From Antedon mediterranea (Eukaryota; Animalia; Echinodermata): a stretch of DNA of 64,000 nucleotides. Both the position numbers and the translations under genes were made by a program. The DNA is taken from assembly GCF_964355755.1 (NCBI RefSeq), contig NC_092671.1, positions 3,720,001 to 3,784,000 of the forward strand, given 5' to 3'. Each line of letters starts with the position of its first letter. Within the stretch, counting starts at the first letter, position 1. Positions 25,018-38,041 of this stretch are shown here, piece after piece. The notes under the pieces were generated by a model, which saw only the letters and a list, made by a program, of their open reading frames with translations, did not search any database and was not told the DNA's origin.

Positions 25018-26068
25018 CACTTTGACTGCCAAACACGAAGATCTTCGTTTTTGGAAACACAACGTTTGACTGCCAAACACGAAGATCTTCGTTTTTCGCG
25101 TTTTTTTACGAAATCCGGTAGATAGGTTAATTATTGGTATATACTATAAATATGAACACTATATTCGGTCTGGACCGTCAATATTTTACAATTTGAAAGT
25201 AACTAATCTGGTTACGAACGATTGTCAAAATGGTACCTGTCGAAATAACAAACACCGCGCATCACAGTAGCGCGTAGAGCGATGGCTTGGCGCATTGTGT
25301 ATCGGTCGCGCGCTAGCTATGCCGCCGAAGCATTACAAAGGTTTTGTGGATTGACATGTTTGTTTGTTATCTGAATAAAAAATAATGGAGTCATTTTCAA
25401 TATGAAGTCTTTAATTTTATTATTGTATGTATACCCTAATTGTTTTGGTGTTTTACTGAAAGTGACCGAGTTTCACGAAACAAACTTGTTTTGAAATGGT
25501 ATGGATATTATCATCAGTTTACTATCTAGGCTAGGCTAGTAGTACTAGGCTAGCCTAGGCCTAGGCCTAGTCGTAAAACGGTTCCGGACCAACTTTAGGC
25601 CTGGTTAACTAGGCCTGGTGTCTTTACTATGTGGATTTTGGCGAAACATTGATATAAGATTTATGATTTATAAAATGTAATACATTTTTCGATAGTGATA
25701 ACTTATTTTTATAGGCCTATCGGTGCCGTGTAAGTAACTTTTTCGTTGTTTGTTGATCTCACCGGGCGATATTTTCATATTGTAATGTCTTGCACAAAAT
25801 CGCGAATATCTCGACTTTCTTGCGCGAAACTACGAAAAACTCAAAAAGTGGGTTACTTTCATTTTACTATTACGATTTACATATTGTGATTTAAAAATCG
25901 TTCTTGATACCATTGTAAAGCTAAAATGTTTATGATTATTTTAGTCTAAATTAAATATAAATCAGATCACATAAATGGTTTCAATCAGCTTTAATATAAA
26001 CATCGAATTGGGCTAAAAACGCTGGCGGTGGCAGTTTCTAACTTGAAAAACCTCTGGCAGTCAAAGTG
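25018..26068. mobile_element. Non-autonomous piggyBac-like DNA transposon (1051 bp)
   Basis: 14-bp TIRs CACTTTGACTGCCA / TGGCAGTCAAAGTG flanked by TTAA on both sides; duplicated left subterminal 32-mer. Confidence 0.85.
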
Positions 26069-27229
26069 TTAAAACCATTATTAAAATTATTTATTTTTCT
26101 TTTTGTACTGTGTTCTGTACAGTTTGTCTTTTTGTTTATTGAATAAAAGTGATTGAAACAAAATTATGATTTACTTATTCTTATACTTAAAATAATATTA
26201 ATGCATCCTAGACCCATAGTGAATCTGAAATAAACTTGTTAACTGTTGTTTGTATTTATTGTAATACAACAAGAGTGGGAAACTTAATTAATTAGACTGG
26301 GCGTCGGCTTCTTTCAAAAGCTAAAATCTTTTCGTTTTCCTACAGTATTTAATGAATCAATTATTGTTTAATTAAAATACTTATTTATGAGGAATGTGCA
26401 GATTTAGTGTCAACTTTTGTAACCTTGTATCATGACAAACGAACGAAACAATTGCTTTTTTAAGAGACAATTTCTTCACTCTTCTCTTCTGTAATGTTTG
26501 TTTTATGCGATTTTTGAACTGACGCAATGAAACAAAACATTTCTGGAATAAACATAGAAAGCCACATCGTGAAAAACGGTTTAGTCATTCCGTACTTGCT
26601 AATTATAATTTACAAATTAGGTTTTGGTAAATACTAGAGCTGAGTTACCGACAGAACAGGAAACCATCAAAGTAATAGTCTTTTAGTTTTAAGACTATAG
26701 TTAATCCATTATTTTATCAATTCATTTACACCATTTTTTTTACGACATGTATTTATTTTTCTTCCGAAATCTAATTACATCTTCGGGGTTGTTTTCATTT
26801 TATTGCTGTTTTGTCTGAATCCTATGATCGCTGTGAATACCGTATTGTTGACCGACAAGCACGACATAAAAGGCGGCACGCGCGAGTGTTTTTGTTTCTC
26901 TTTTATTCATTGGATCGTATAATCTATTAATTGAATGAAGAGTTTTTAGTTTCTTGATTTGTATGAAGCAAAGAAACTAGCGATGTATTTCCTAGGTGGG
27001 GAGTCGCATTGTTTCTTTCTACTCTCGTTATATTGTCTAGGTAGGGGTCTTGATTGTAAATTATTATTGTTTCTACAAGATAATTAATCGCGTGTACTGA
27101 TGGATACAATTCGCGTGGCTTGGCGGACATTCAACAATAAAACTATTTTTCATGTATATTGCATCATTTATATAATTTACGAAACGATAAACAAGTTTTG
27201 TTCAACTAAAAAAAAACAGGTCAATGATT

Positions 27230-27256
27230 TCAATCAACCACCAGTTTGAAGGTATA
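27230..27256 (-). CDS. Putative terminal coding exon of the divergent achaete-scute gene (YTFKLVVD*)
   Basis: Pyrimidine-rich acceptor ...ttattttctactacag at 27257; in phase with the ATG|GTATGT donor at 28216. Confidence 0.5.
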   Translation of the reverse strand, partial: YTFKLVVD

Positions 27257-28042
27257 CTGTAGTAGAAAATAAGTAAAATAAATAGTAAAATTTAGGCCTA
27301 GGTAAATTTATTTGATAAAAGAAAACATGCTTTTAATAATATCACTTTACAAACAAAGATATTTTTATTTGAAAATTGTATTTGATTGTGTTTTAAAATC
27401 GCTACAGTTATATTTTAGTAATGAATGTTTTATGCATTGGCAACTTTTAGATATTGACACTTATCTTGTAAAATTGTTTATTGTATTGTGGTTTGTGAAA
27501 ATAGTTTTCAAATAAAGTGGATCAATAAATCTTTACTCCGACCATTTAAAACAATATTTTTAAATCGCTTATTCATTTTGGATTGTTTAATGTAAATTAT
27601 AAAGAAATACTTTAGTAATTGAAGAAAACATCTTAAATAAAAAATGTAACTATGATCTATTCTTTGTTGAAAATGTGTGAAATAAATTGTATAAAACTGT
27701 ATTATACATTATTATATTATAGAAACATAGAAAAATGTGGTTAGGCCTACACACTGGAAACAAAATTAAATTGATATGTTTACCTAATAATTCGTTAAAT
27801 CTGTTTCGTTTATTTGAAACATCAAACAGATTCTTTAATATTTTGTAAATAAAGTGCAAGGCATAGTATATCAAAGATAGTATTGTCTCCCAAAAATATA
27901 AAAAAAGATTGATAAAAGCAGACATTGAATATTCCACTTTGCCGTGTTAATCAAGTTATTAACTTCCATTAAAAAAACGAAAAAATAACGATTTCACTTA
28001 AAAAATTACAAAATAAACGGTTAGGCCTAAACTTAACCAAAC

Positions 28043-28148
28043 AAAATTGGACCAAAACAATTATTTTCCTGAAAATAAAATAAGACAATTTTGCTAGTTA
28101 AAAAAATTACATTTATTTTCAGGAAAATAATTGTTTTGGTCCAATTTT
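28043..28148. repeat. Perfect 37-bp inverted repeat with a 32-nt loop
   Basis: 28043-28079 is the exact reverse complement of 28112-28148. Confidence 0.9.
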
Positions 28149-28216
28149 TGAATAAAAATATGTGTCATTAAAATGTCATATTCAACAACAGAAATAAAAG
28201 AAAATATTGTACATAC

Positions 28217-28741
28217 CATCGAATGTAAGTTGTAATGGTTCCAATTATTATACATCGCGTGTTGATGTTGTTGTTGTTGTTGATGTTGCTGGTGTTGTTG
28301 ATGTTGTTGTTGTTGAATCTCCTGCAACGCCCGTTGTCTCTCGTTTTCTTCATCAACCAACTGTTGCAAATGTAAGATATAATTTATTGCCGAACGTAGA
28401 GTTTTAACTTTGGAAAGTTTCTTATTTTTAGGCTCTGTCGGGATCTTTTTTCTAAGCCGTAAGAAGCCATCGTTGACGAGCTGAACACGTCGCCGCTCGC
28501 GTGCGTTTCGCCTAGCGACCAGGTGTGGTTCTTTATCCTTAGCACTCGTTGCCGCTGCTGAAGATTTCTTTTCAACATTTTCGTTTCGATTGGATTTGCG
28601 ACGTAGTTTATTCATCGAAGATGTTTTTGTTGATTGCTTTACTGTCTTTTCGATGGAAAACACTTCGGTTGTAAGTTCGTTTTCGCGTGAATTTAATTTG
28701 ACTTCAACGTTACCATTTACCTTCTCGATGGCCATTTTCAT
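28217..28741 (-). CDS. Achaete-scute family bHLH transcription factor, divergent paralog, main coding exon
   Basis: [31 protein letters not shown]...[22 protein letters not shown], then a Q/H tract; first ATG at 28741; probable donor at 28216 (unspliced, the ORF runs to 28094). Confidence 0.9.
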
Positions 28742-28934
28742 TCGATGTATATCGCTCGCAACTTTCTCCAGATAAATCAAAACAGTATTACCGATAGTCT
28801 TTAATGCGGATAATAATTTTCCATTACACCTATCAATGATTTTAATTATGAAAATCGATAAAACAATATCTTTACCTAACACAAATGTTTGCTAAATCTT
28901 TTAGGTATACGTTTACTGTGGATTCTCGTCGCTT

Positions 28935-28970
28935 ACTGGCATTTTGCGCAAATTTCCGCATCTTTATATA
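28935..28970 (-). promoter_or_regulatory. Candidate TATA box and initiator of the minus-strand achaete-scute gene
   Basis: TATATAAAG (28970-28962) with Inr-like CCAGT ~31 nt downstream, ~200 nt before the ATG. Confidence 0.55.
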
Positions 28971-31900
28971 CAACGGTGTCAATAAAAATATCTTTAAGTT
29001 TCAACAGGCGATTTTATGGTCGACCAATGATGGCATTCAGTTTCAGAAAACTCGTTGAAATTGTTTCTAATTGTGCCGTTCCCGACATCCTTCGTTTCCT
29101 GAATAAATCACTAAACCTGGATGATTTTAATTACTATATCTCAAATCAGGCAAGGGTTAATTTCCTAAAGTTTTTCATTGATACAATTGCTGTTTTGGTG
29201 AATCTATTGTTATCATTGCCATTCACACATTATTTTGAACTGGTTATGCGTGCGCACAAAAGCGCTTAAAACATCACATGTATAGTAGAACAATTGTAAT
29301 TAGCCCAACGGCAAACTTAACTCCCCTCTGATTCGCTTAACACTGACGGAAATTAGACGGCTTAGTGAGAGAGTGTGTATATTCGAATTAATTGATATAA
29401 ATACATAACGGCTCACTAGCTTGTTGATACATTGCCAAACAGGTTTATTGAAAATGTATAAGAAAACCAGAGATACCAACTTAGAACTTCTAATTACGAA
29501 GTATTCGGATTGTTAGCCGGTTAGATGCAGTATGCGACAGTAATTTGCAGGCTTGTAAGTGCGAGGGTATGCATGAACTTGGCGAGTCGACGACAGGTGC
29601 TTTTATTCAGAAAAGAATCTGATTTCTTTAGCTTTAACGATAGGTAACCTTGCAAAAATAGATGTCATTTCCTCTCTACGTAAACCTAAACAAATAATTG
29701 ATAATACTTCGAGTCGAAATCATCTGCTTCTTTATGATAAATACCTTCATCAACATTTACACGCAAACTAAGACGCAGCGAGCTATCGTCTGCAATAAAG
29801 AAAATATTTTAATACACGGCATAAAACAAATTATTACAATTCTGGAGTATTAATACAATTTAGAAAATGTAATGTATCACCTGTTCTAATAAAAGTTCAA
29901 GAAACTTCGTTTTCACTGAATTCATTTTCTGTATTTGTGACTGGCCATTGACTGATTTATTCGGATAATTTATGAAAACGCGAATAGTAAATACAATTAT
30001 GAATAGAAATTCATTTGGGGGACTTAGACTTGCCCCAAGTCTGTAGTTTTTTTTATGTTAGTTCACTAGTCGGATTTTTGATGTTTGAAAACTACAGTTC
30101 AATCTCAAGTAGTATGTAAGAAACGCCATATAAAAAACGCTATATAAAAATTGATCTTTTTACTAATATTATAAACTCCGCCTAGAACCCAGAATAGTGG
30201 GGTGCTGTGTACTGCCTCGGAATACGACTAATATTGTCTACAGTGTTTAGCAGGTACCTCTTGGTTTAAACTTACGTAATTAGTTATTTTTAGAATGTTT
30301 AGTACCTTGACGATAGCACCATCGGATATCCGATTCTCAGTGATGTATCTCCACGTTGCGCAATACATCACCTTTGTGGATCACATGATTATGGTTAAGA
30401 GTCTATGATACATCATATGTGATGTTGTATCAAGGAATTTGACTATGCAACTGAGTAGAATACCGAGAATCGACTACGTCGACAGCACTGAAGCTGTCGC
30501 GTGTCGTCAAATAATTCTAAAAATATTAATGCTACAGGAATATTACAGATACTGAAATCGACCTATAATATAAAATGGGGTTCATATTACAAACGTCTTC
30601 TAGGTTCAAATGTACTAATATCTTTGCCTTGTTTTTATCCTAGTTTCGGCATCAATTTCTAACAAAAATAAAGCCAACCCTTAATACTGATATTCCCTAG
30701 TGGGATGGGGCACCTTTCAAATCTTTGTATATACAAATTAATGGAAGCAAACTTTCCAACAATATTTAGGTCACGTTACTGTTTTCTGCTCTATTTAACA
30801 CAAGTCTTTTTCAATTTACAAAAAAAACGTCTTAAAGAGTTTTGTAGTTTATTTAGTTTGTTGGTACAAAAACTAGGCCTAATTGCCGAAAGCTTAATAT
30901 TTAAAATTCTTAACTTATGTGACCTGAAAACCAAATTGTAATGATGATACGACAGGTTGGTTAGCGTTTTCGGACGAGGAGAATGTTAGGCTCTGACCAG
31001 GTAAAATGATTATCCAGCTTCGGCGATCACCCTTGTCAGCGACCTCTAATAATCGGCCACCTCTCGTAAGAGATAGCTTCTCATAATCGACCACATTAAG
31101 CGACGACCACCTCTCTTAAACAACCACTATCATCTCTTGTATCGACCAGACCACCTATCGTAAGCGACCATTTTATGTAAGGAAAAAAAAATTATCAGTC
31201 AGAATTAAAAAGTACTTAAGTGCATGAATGATGCTTTATTTATAAAACTGGTTCTTGTCTTGTCATCTTATGTGACGGACTTGTTTGCTTATTTTTCTTT
31301 GGTTTAAACTTGTTTTTGAAACAAGCTCAATCGATCCAACCCCTGGAAACTAACCTGCTTTATGATATCATTAGATACATTACTATAATACGTTCGATGC
31401 TGCAATACACTGCTAAAATAGCCGACAATCAGTATTACTTTTATAAATACAAATAAGCCAGCACATTTTGTTCAGATGTTTTATATTTGTTTCTGTTGTG
31501 TTCAATACGTAAGGTACGAAGAAAAACCGATGCCTCGGCCAAACATGTTTTCCCATATGAAGTTGACACGGGTACCGTAATAGAAAGTACCTTGTAATTG
31601 GGACTGTACGATCTGGGGACGTTGAGCCGTTGGTTAAACATAAAGCTCCAATTATAAAGAACCGAATATAAATACATTTGACAAGAAACACAAATACACT
31701 TATAAAATCTCAGGTTTTTCGAAATCACCACCACCAGAGACAATAGGCTTTTGTCACTAAGACATTCAACCTATACAAACAATAGACGAAGACGTGATTT
31801 GAACGAACAAACAGAAGATGTGCGCACAAAGGCGTAAAATACACATTTTATATAAAAAGCGGGAAAATATTATATCTTAAGCAAACAAAGTCAAGGTCAT

Positions 31901-34900
31901 TAACACTTATCATATGAAAAACATGCATTCTTCAAGATCAAAATATCTATTTAATTTTTTGGATAATTCATGGCTTGTGATTGGTCAAAATACTTTGGAT
32001 GCGCTGTCGTTGCATCCAAGTGGAAATCAGTGGTATGCCCCCCCCCCCCCCATCTCCCGTCTTTCTTTCTCTTTTTATTATAAATATTTAATCTTATCTT
32101 GCTAATTTTCTAACGTATAAAGTGTATCCATGTTTATGCTCTGTTTTGTCACGTTTGACTTAATAGATGAGAAAACCCGGATGTAAACTGTAATATACCA
32201 CTTACATTTATTTTTTTCAATAATATATTCAACCCTAAGCATAGTCACTTAAATTTTACGTAATACTGAATTAATGCAACCTAGCATTGTATATTAAGGT
32301 GCACTTGAATGGAACAATTATATAGGCCAACTAACATTGTTAAAACACTGCTTAAATTGTATTGGTATTTTGTTGTGCATAAGGCAGAACAACGACATGT
32401 TGATCTGGGCCTCCGTGGTTAAATAAAGTTGAATTGAATTACAAATTGCGATCGGTCACTGAGAGACTACAAAGTGTCTGTTTAATTTAGGAGTTTAATC
32501 AAACGATATCAAACAATTAATTGAAAATATACCGTACGGGAATTTACAAGGTTTTGCTTAAATTATAAATTACAGGACAAAAGTGAATGCTAGAAATAAT
32601 GAAGTTCATTTTTTGTAATTTTTATTTTTAAAAGCAGTTGGGTCAACAGCATTTGAGGTTTGCTGCACTATACATTATCCACCTCGGAAATCGTACGATA
32701 TTATGTATAACAGACACATATTCAACTGTACTCAAAGTAGTTTTTAACTTTAGTAATTTTTTTCTCCCATGTCTTTGGAAATTACTATTTTAAAACGTTT
32801 ACGGATTACCCTGAAGAAGAAGATATCTGGCAAACTACATAATTATAATTTCAATGTTGAACATTTTGTTCTTTTTTTATTTACATTTTGTATTTTTATA
32901 TATTTTTTTTGTATTTTGATATGTAGCCACCACTTAGTTTTCCACAATGAGGGATGAATAACATTTTACTGTAACTTTGATTTGTTGTTCATATATTGCT
33001 GTTTGTAACTTTTTTGCCAAATAAAATAAAGTAAAAACAAGACCTACAGTTTCGTGTCTCTCAACTGCAACCGTTCTCCCTCGCATGGGTTTACTGTTCA
33101 TGTTATGCATATAAATATTTCAATCAAATATTTAATCCAAACTTTAATAGATAGGAATTCTATTATCATTTATTTAATTATTAATATCACTTTTTATTAT
33201 TTAATGATTCTACTAAGGTACAAAACATACCTAAAAATTGTAAGATTTTGGCAAAGTCTTGTATCTATCTTGTATCTTGTAAATCCAATGATTATTAGTG
33301 TGTTTTTTTTTTACCATTATACGGGTGTTGTTCTTAACCGGTATGTCTACCTCGCTAGATTTTAACAACTGAACCGTTCCTGAGGGCCAATCTTACAACT
33401 GTGTGACTCGTTCAAACATCAGTGAAATGTCTTGATAAAAGAGCTGGTTCCACGTGCCTGTATTGTTCAAGGCACGCTTACACTAACGTCTCATTGTGTG
33501 TCCAATTCAATAGTACAACAAAATACCCTACTTTCATGCACTTAATGACCTAAAATCCCCAGTCAGGTAGCCTAGCGAAATACTGAGACCGCGTTTAGTG
33601 TCTCACAAAGAAGGTAATACTATACGCAACAAAATGTATTAAGAATAAGTAACCCATAGTAACTTTCCCAACACTTTCACAACAATGATCTCCATAACAG
33701 TTTGATGACTCTATTTTTTTATTTGAAATTTAAAAAATAAACAAATAAAAGCAATTCAGTTCTGTATTACTTTTAATATTTAGTAATACTTCGGTCGAAG
33801 TTTTCTTGTTTATTAATTTTGGTTAAATATCACTTTCATGAGAAAGCGTACCACTGTTAAAAAAAAAAAATTATTGATTTTATAATCAAAATGTATGAAA
33901 GTGGATCCGGCGATTCTAGAAAAAAAAAAAAGAATTATAGATGAACGGTAAAATAATTGAATTGAAGGAGTGTGGATCGTGCGAGAAGAAGGAGATACAT
34001 AATATGGAGGACAAAAGATGAAACGTATAGTATAAACAGTGTGGGGAAATAAAACAACAACATGAACAAAAAAATAGAGTGAGGAAGAAGAGAGAAAATG
34101 AGCAGAAGAAAGAAAATGGAAGAGTGAAGAAAAGAGAGAGAAAACAAGCGGAAGAAAGAAATGGAAAAAGTAGGAGAACAATCGAGGAGTGAGTTTTGGG
34201 AGAAAACAGTAAAGGAGACAAGATGAGGTATAATTGGCGCTAAACCCGACTGCGGCTCGTGGCAGTTAACGGTTACACCGTATTGTCATCGTCAATTAAT
34301 GTATTCGAATTGGATAATCCTCTTAATGTATTTTGGCCTATTGTCAAATTTAAGGTGCTAAAACTTTAATTTTAGCACCTCATAGATTTCTAAAACACTT
34401 TCTGTTTAATAAACTCCAACCTGATTTTAAAATGTGTAATGAAAACAGGTAACCACCATTTTAATAATCTATAGGCCTAAGTTATTGAGAAATTGGATAA
34501 ATCAGCTGTCACAAGATAGATTCTAACTAACTATCGCAAGTCATCTGTTGAAACTCTCGCTGTATTAAATACTTTTACTACATGTAAGGATAAAGATGTT
34601 TGTGTTTAATAGTTATTTTATTATAATATATTAATATAGGGCCTATTATTTTTTATATAATTTTGGTGCAGTTGTTATAGTACGGTAAAAAAAACCATAG
34701 GCCTATAATAATAGGCTACACTCTTTTGATGCATCATTTGCATTACGACAATTGTACACTGGCCAAACGACAATAAATGAATAATATGATGCTATTGATA
34801 GTATTGTAAAAATGTGTTTTATAACTTTATATTTAGGCCTAACAGTGGTAGGTTGCGTTACACTATATAGGCCTATAGAACGAAATCGTATTTTTAAAAA

Positions 34901-37292
34901 CCATAATATTATAGCATTTAACGGTTACAAACAAAGAAGAACATAAAAAAGTCAACTTGAGATTAAAAAAAATATATAAAAGAAGTGACAAACATGATGA
35001 CTGAATTATATAAATGGACGTTAAGCCGAATATGAATGAATTAAATGGTTATAAAGGAGGAAAATCGGCTTATCGCGTGCCGGGATTTAATTACAAAAAA
35101 CACACAGTAAAATCCCTATCCTTAAGTGCAAAATAAAATAATAAAATGTAGTGTTTAAAACACGTCTATTCATTTGATTAGTTTTATTGAGTGGTTCATT
35201 TAGTTGGCATTTCGAAAAGAACCGCTCAAATCTTAGCTTGTATTATTGTTTTTGAGGATTAAAAGAAAACCTAAGCTTGTGAGGCTTATGAATGGGGTTT
35301 GTGATTGTGGACATTGGGATCATCGTTTCCAAAACGAGCCTCATTAGGAGACAATGCGCCGTTTAACAGAATAAAGATGACCCGCATACAGAGCTCACGA
35401 AGAGTAAATTAGTTCTATTATATTTTGGTCTAATGAACCCATAAAGCGAGCTAATTAACATGCCGTTCGCGCGTCGTTTTATTTATTAAAGGACCCCGCT
35501 TTTTTGTAGATTTGTTGTGTTTTGAATTTTGTAGGAGTGTAAGGTAAACCATGCTATCAGCGAGGAGTATAGTCTGCTCCATTGTTAAAACACGTGTACT
35601 TTGATTATACGATAACTGTTTTTCATATAAAAATAAGTACAGTTATGAATCAAGTTGTACTTCTACACACCATGACAGTATACACAACGTAAAGTACGTG
35701 GAACTAATACGCCTACAATCAAGTATTTTAGGCTCTACAAAAAAGTCAGATTCTGATAAATACGGTACGTCACGACTTGTGTACGCGCGCGTTCATTATC
35801 TGATATATACGTTACGATTTTTGTACGCGCGCGTTCAATATCTGAGAACTATTTCTTTTTGTTTTAATGCTGAAAATATTTCTTGTTTAATTTCTTGTAG
35901 ATTTTGTAATCGTAGTTCGTAACTAATTTTTTTATTTATCTCTTTCGGATCGACCAACTAGTATTTTTCGTATCTGTGTTGCCTCGCCTTGTCCTTTATA
36001 TCTGTTTGTTTTGTTTAGGCCAAACATTTAATAAAGAATGAAACAAATTTTGGTTTGTGTTATCAAAAAGTTATATCAATAATACTTAGTAATAAATTAC
36101 AATTAATTGGTGCCTTGATCATTTTGTATGTGGATAAATGGATTGCGCCCTCTATCGAATACATTATAAAACACTTCATTCAAACTCATGGAGGTGTAAG
36201 TTAGGTAAACAACAGTTTGCTCTATTGTTTAATATTTAATCAACTAAATTTAAATGAATGATCAAGCAACACAAACAACAATTACCGGTGTAAAGAATTA
36301 TGAGTATAAGATGGAGTATAGCGTGGTCTAACACATAAGAGGCATAAAGAACACAAACACATAATACAAACAGTACAAAGTTTTTGGAATATGATCTCAT
36401 AACACAAATAACAAAAGTTTTGGTAATAAATGGCCTTTAACTAATAATAAGTGGAATGTGCCATACACGAAGTTATATTGAAATCACTGTATACATAACA
36501 TATATTATTTCTCAAAAAAAGTACCGTAAGACATACTATATTTTTTGTTATATTTCTCAGTTCTTACGATTCATTTGTAACTTATATATATTTTTTATTT
36601 TTAACATTTTCTATTAATTTGAACACACTATTATTAAGAGATTTATTATTAAGGTATAGTAAAGGAAACTTAGAGCGGCGGAGGCCTAATAAAAAGAGCA
36701 TTGGTTCTTTATTTAAAGAACCGGGAGGTTTTGACAAACGGCATGACTTATTATTTTTTATTCAAACACAAAATAAGACTAGAATTTTTGATATTTTTAA
36801 AAAATTCATAAATATTTAAATTAGTTTGTTTTTTCCTATCGAATAACCAAACATGCAAGAGCTTTGTTGCAATGTAAACGTTAAAGTTATTGAACTTGTG
36901 TTTTGAGCAACAAGTTCAAACTCATGTTAAGCCATGGATAACCCATTGGCCATTTCTCGACGGGTTTTGGGGGGTGCGTACGGTCCTGGATTACTGGCTT
37001 CCTGAATTAAGACCAGGGCAAGAAAAGTGGTGATGCTAGATCAGGTTACTAGTTATACTACGCATGTATAGTGCTAGAAACAATCGGCCTAAGTACAACG
37101 CAAATAACCTACGGCTGATTAGTTCTTCCAGAACGCTTAACCTTTCTGAAATCCTCCTGAATGACAGCCCACCGTACGCTACAAAAAAAAAAACATTACG
37201 GAACAATTGTTAACGATTGATGTCGAAATAAATCAATAGGCCGTGGTGGGACGCAAGCCTCTGCACCAGTAAACTTCCACAATTAATAGTCT

Positions 37293-37345
37293 GCCACGCG
37301 AACGGTGTTCGCTGATTGGTTGATAAGTACAAAAGGGCGGGGCGT
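37293..37345 (+). promoter_or_regulatory. Candidate proximal promoter of the ASCL1-like gene
   Basis: Hairy/HES class C site CACGCG (37295-37300), reverse CCAAT box (37315), TATA-like TACAAAAG, GC box GGGCGGGG, ~150-200 nt before the ATG. Confidence 0.55.
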
Positions 37346-37493
37346 CATGGTTCGGCACGCTTTCTCGTACCTGAATACCCCGAAATGCCTTTATTAATCG
37401 AAGATCTTTCAAGAGTTACCATTTTCAAACTTCAACAAGTTAACTTCGGTTTTACCTCTGCGACGTCCCAACTGGGAACAATTCTGAAACAAA

Positions 37494-38024
37494 ATGGAAA
37501 TGGAAAATTCAACAGTAAAACTTCTTGCCGCAAGTTGTAAATTTTTAGCAATGAACGCAACGAGACGTCCTACAACTGTAAAACGGTTGCAGAATCATCC
37601 TGAAGCACATCATACCGAGATGGTTAGATGCAAACGAAGATTAAATTACGGAGGAATTAACTACACCATGTCACATCAACAAACGGCATCCGTAGCAAGA
37701 CGAAACGAAAGAGAACGAAATCGTGTTAAGCTCGTTAACACCGGATTCGACACACTTCGTCAACAACTGCCGAACGGTTTGGAAACGAAGAAGATGAGTA
37801 AAGTAGAGACATTGAGATCTGCAGTAGACTACATTAGACAACTCCAGCAATTACTCGACGAAAACGACGCCGTCAATGCCGTATTCAATCCATCGTCGGC
37901 ATCACCGCCAGATTCGTCCGTAGGCAGTGCATCACCGGCGCATTCGTACGTTTCGGATCACGAAACTGGACCGTTAACACCAGAAGAAGAGGAACTTATG
38001 AGTTTTGCAAGTTCTTGGTTTTGA
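37494..38024 (+). CDS. ASCL1: Achaete-scute homolog 1-like proneural bHLH factor (ASCa family), 176 aa, single coding exon
   Basis: RCKRRLN motif, [50 protein letters not shown], and acidic C-terminus [17 protein letters not shown], all typical of ASCL1/2; probably co-orthologous to ASCL1 and ASCL2. Confidence 0.95.
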   Translation: MEMENSTVKLLAASCKFLAMNATRRPTTVKRLQNHPEAHHTEMVRCKRRLNYGGINYTMSHQQTASVARRNERERNRVKLVNTGFDTLRQQLPNGLETKKMSKVETLRSAVDYIRQLQQLLDENDAVNAVFNPSSASPPDSSVGSASPAHSYVSDHETGPLTPEEEELMSFASSWF

Positions 38025-38041
38025 ACGAGTCTATCCAAAAG

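Noticed and set aside
28742-28882. 47-aa N-terminal extension of the bHLH ORF in the ORF track
   Set aside because: Starts at a non-ATG codon; more likely 5' UTR between the TATA/Inr and the ATG at 28741.
28889-29269. 126-aa plus-strand ORF
   Set aside because: Non-ATG start, no recognisable domain, overlaps the candidate promoter of the minus-strand gene.
30439-30449. 11-nt match to the 5' end of miR-153 on the minus strand
   Set aside because: The match stops after 11 nt and there is no hairpin partner arm.
33813-34221. Three overlapping F/S/L-rich minus-strand ORFs
   Set aside because: Caused by a purine-rich low-complexity tract.
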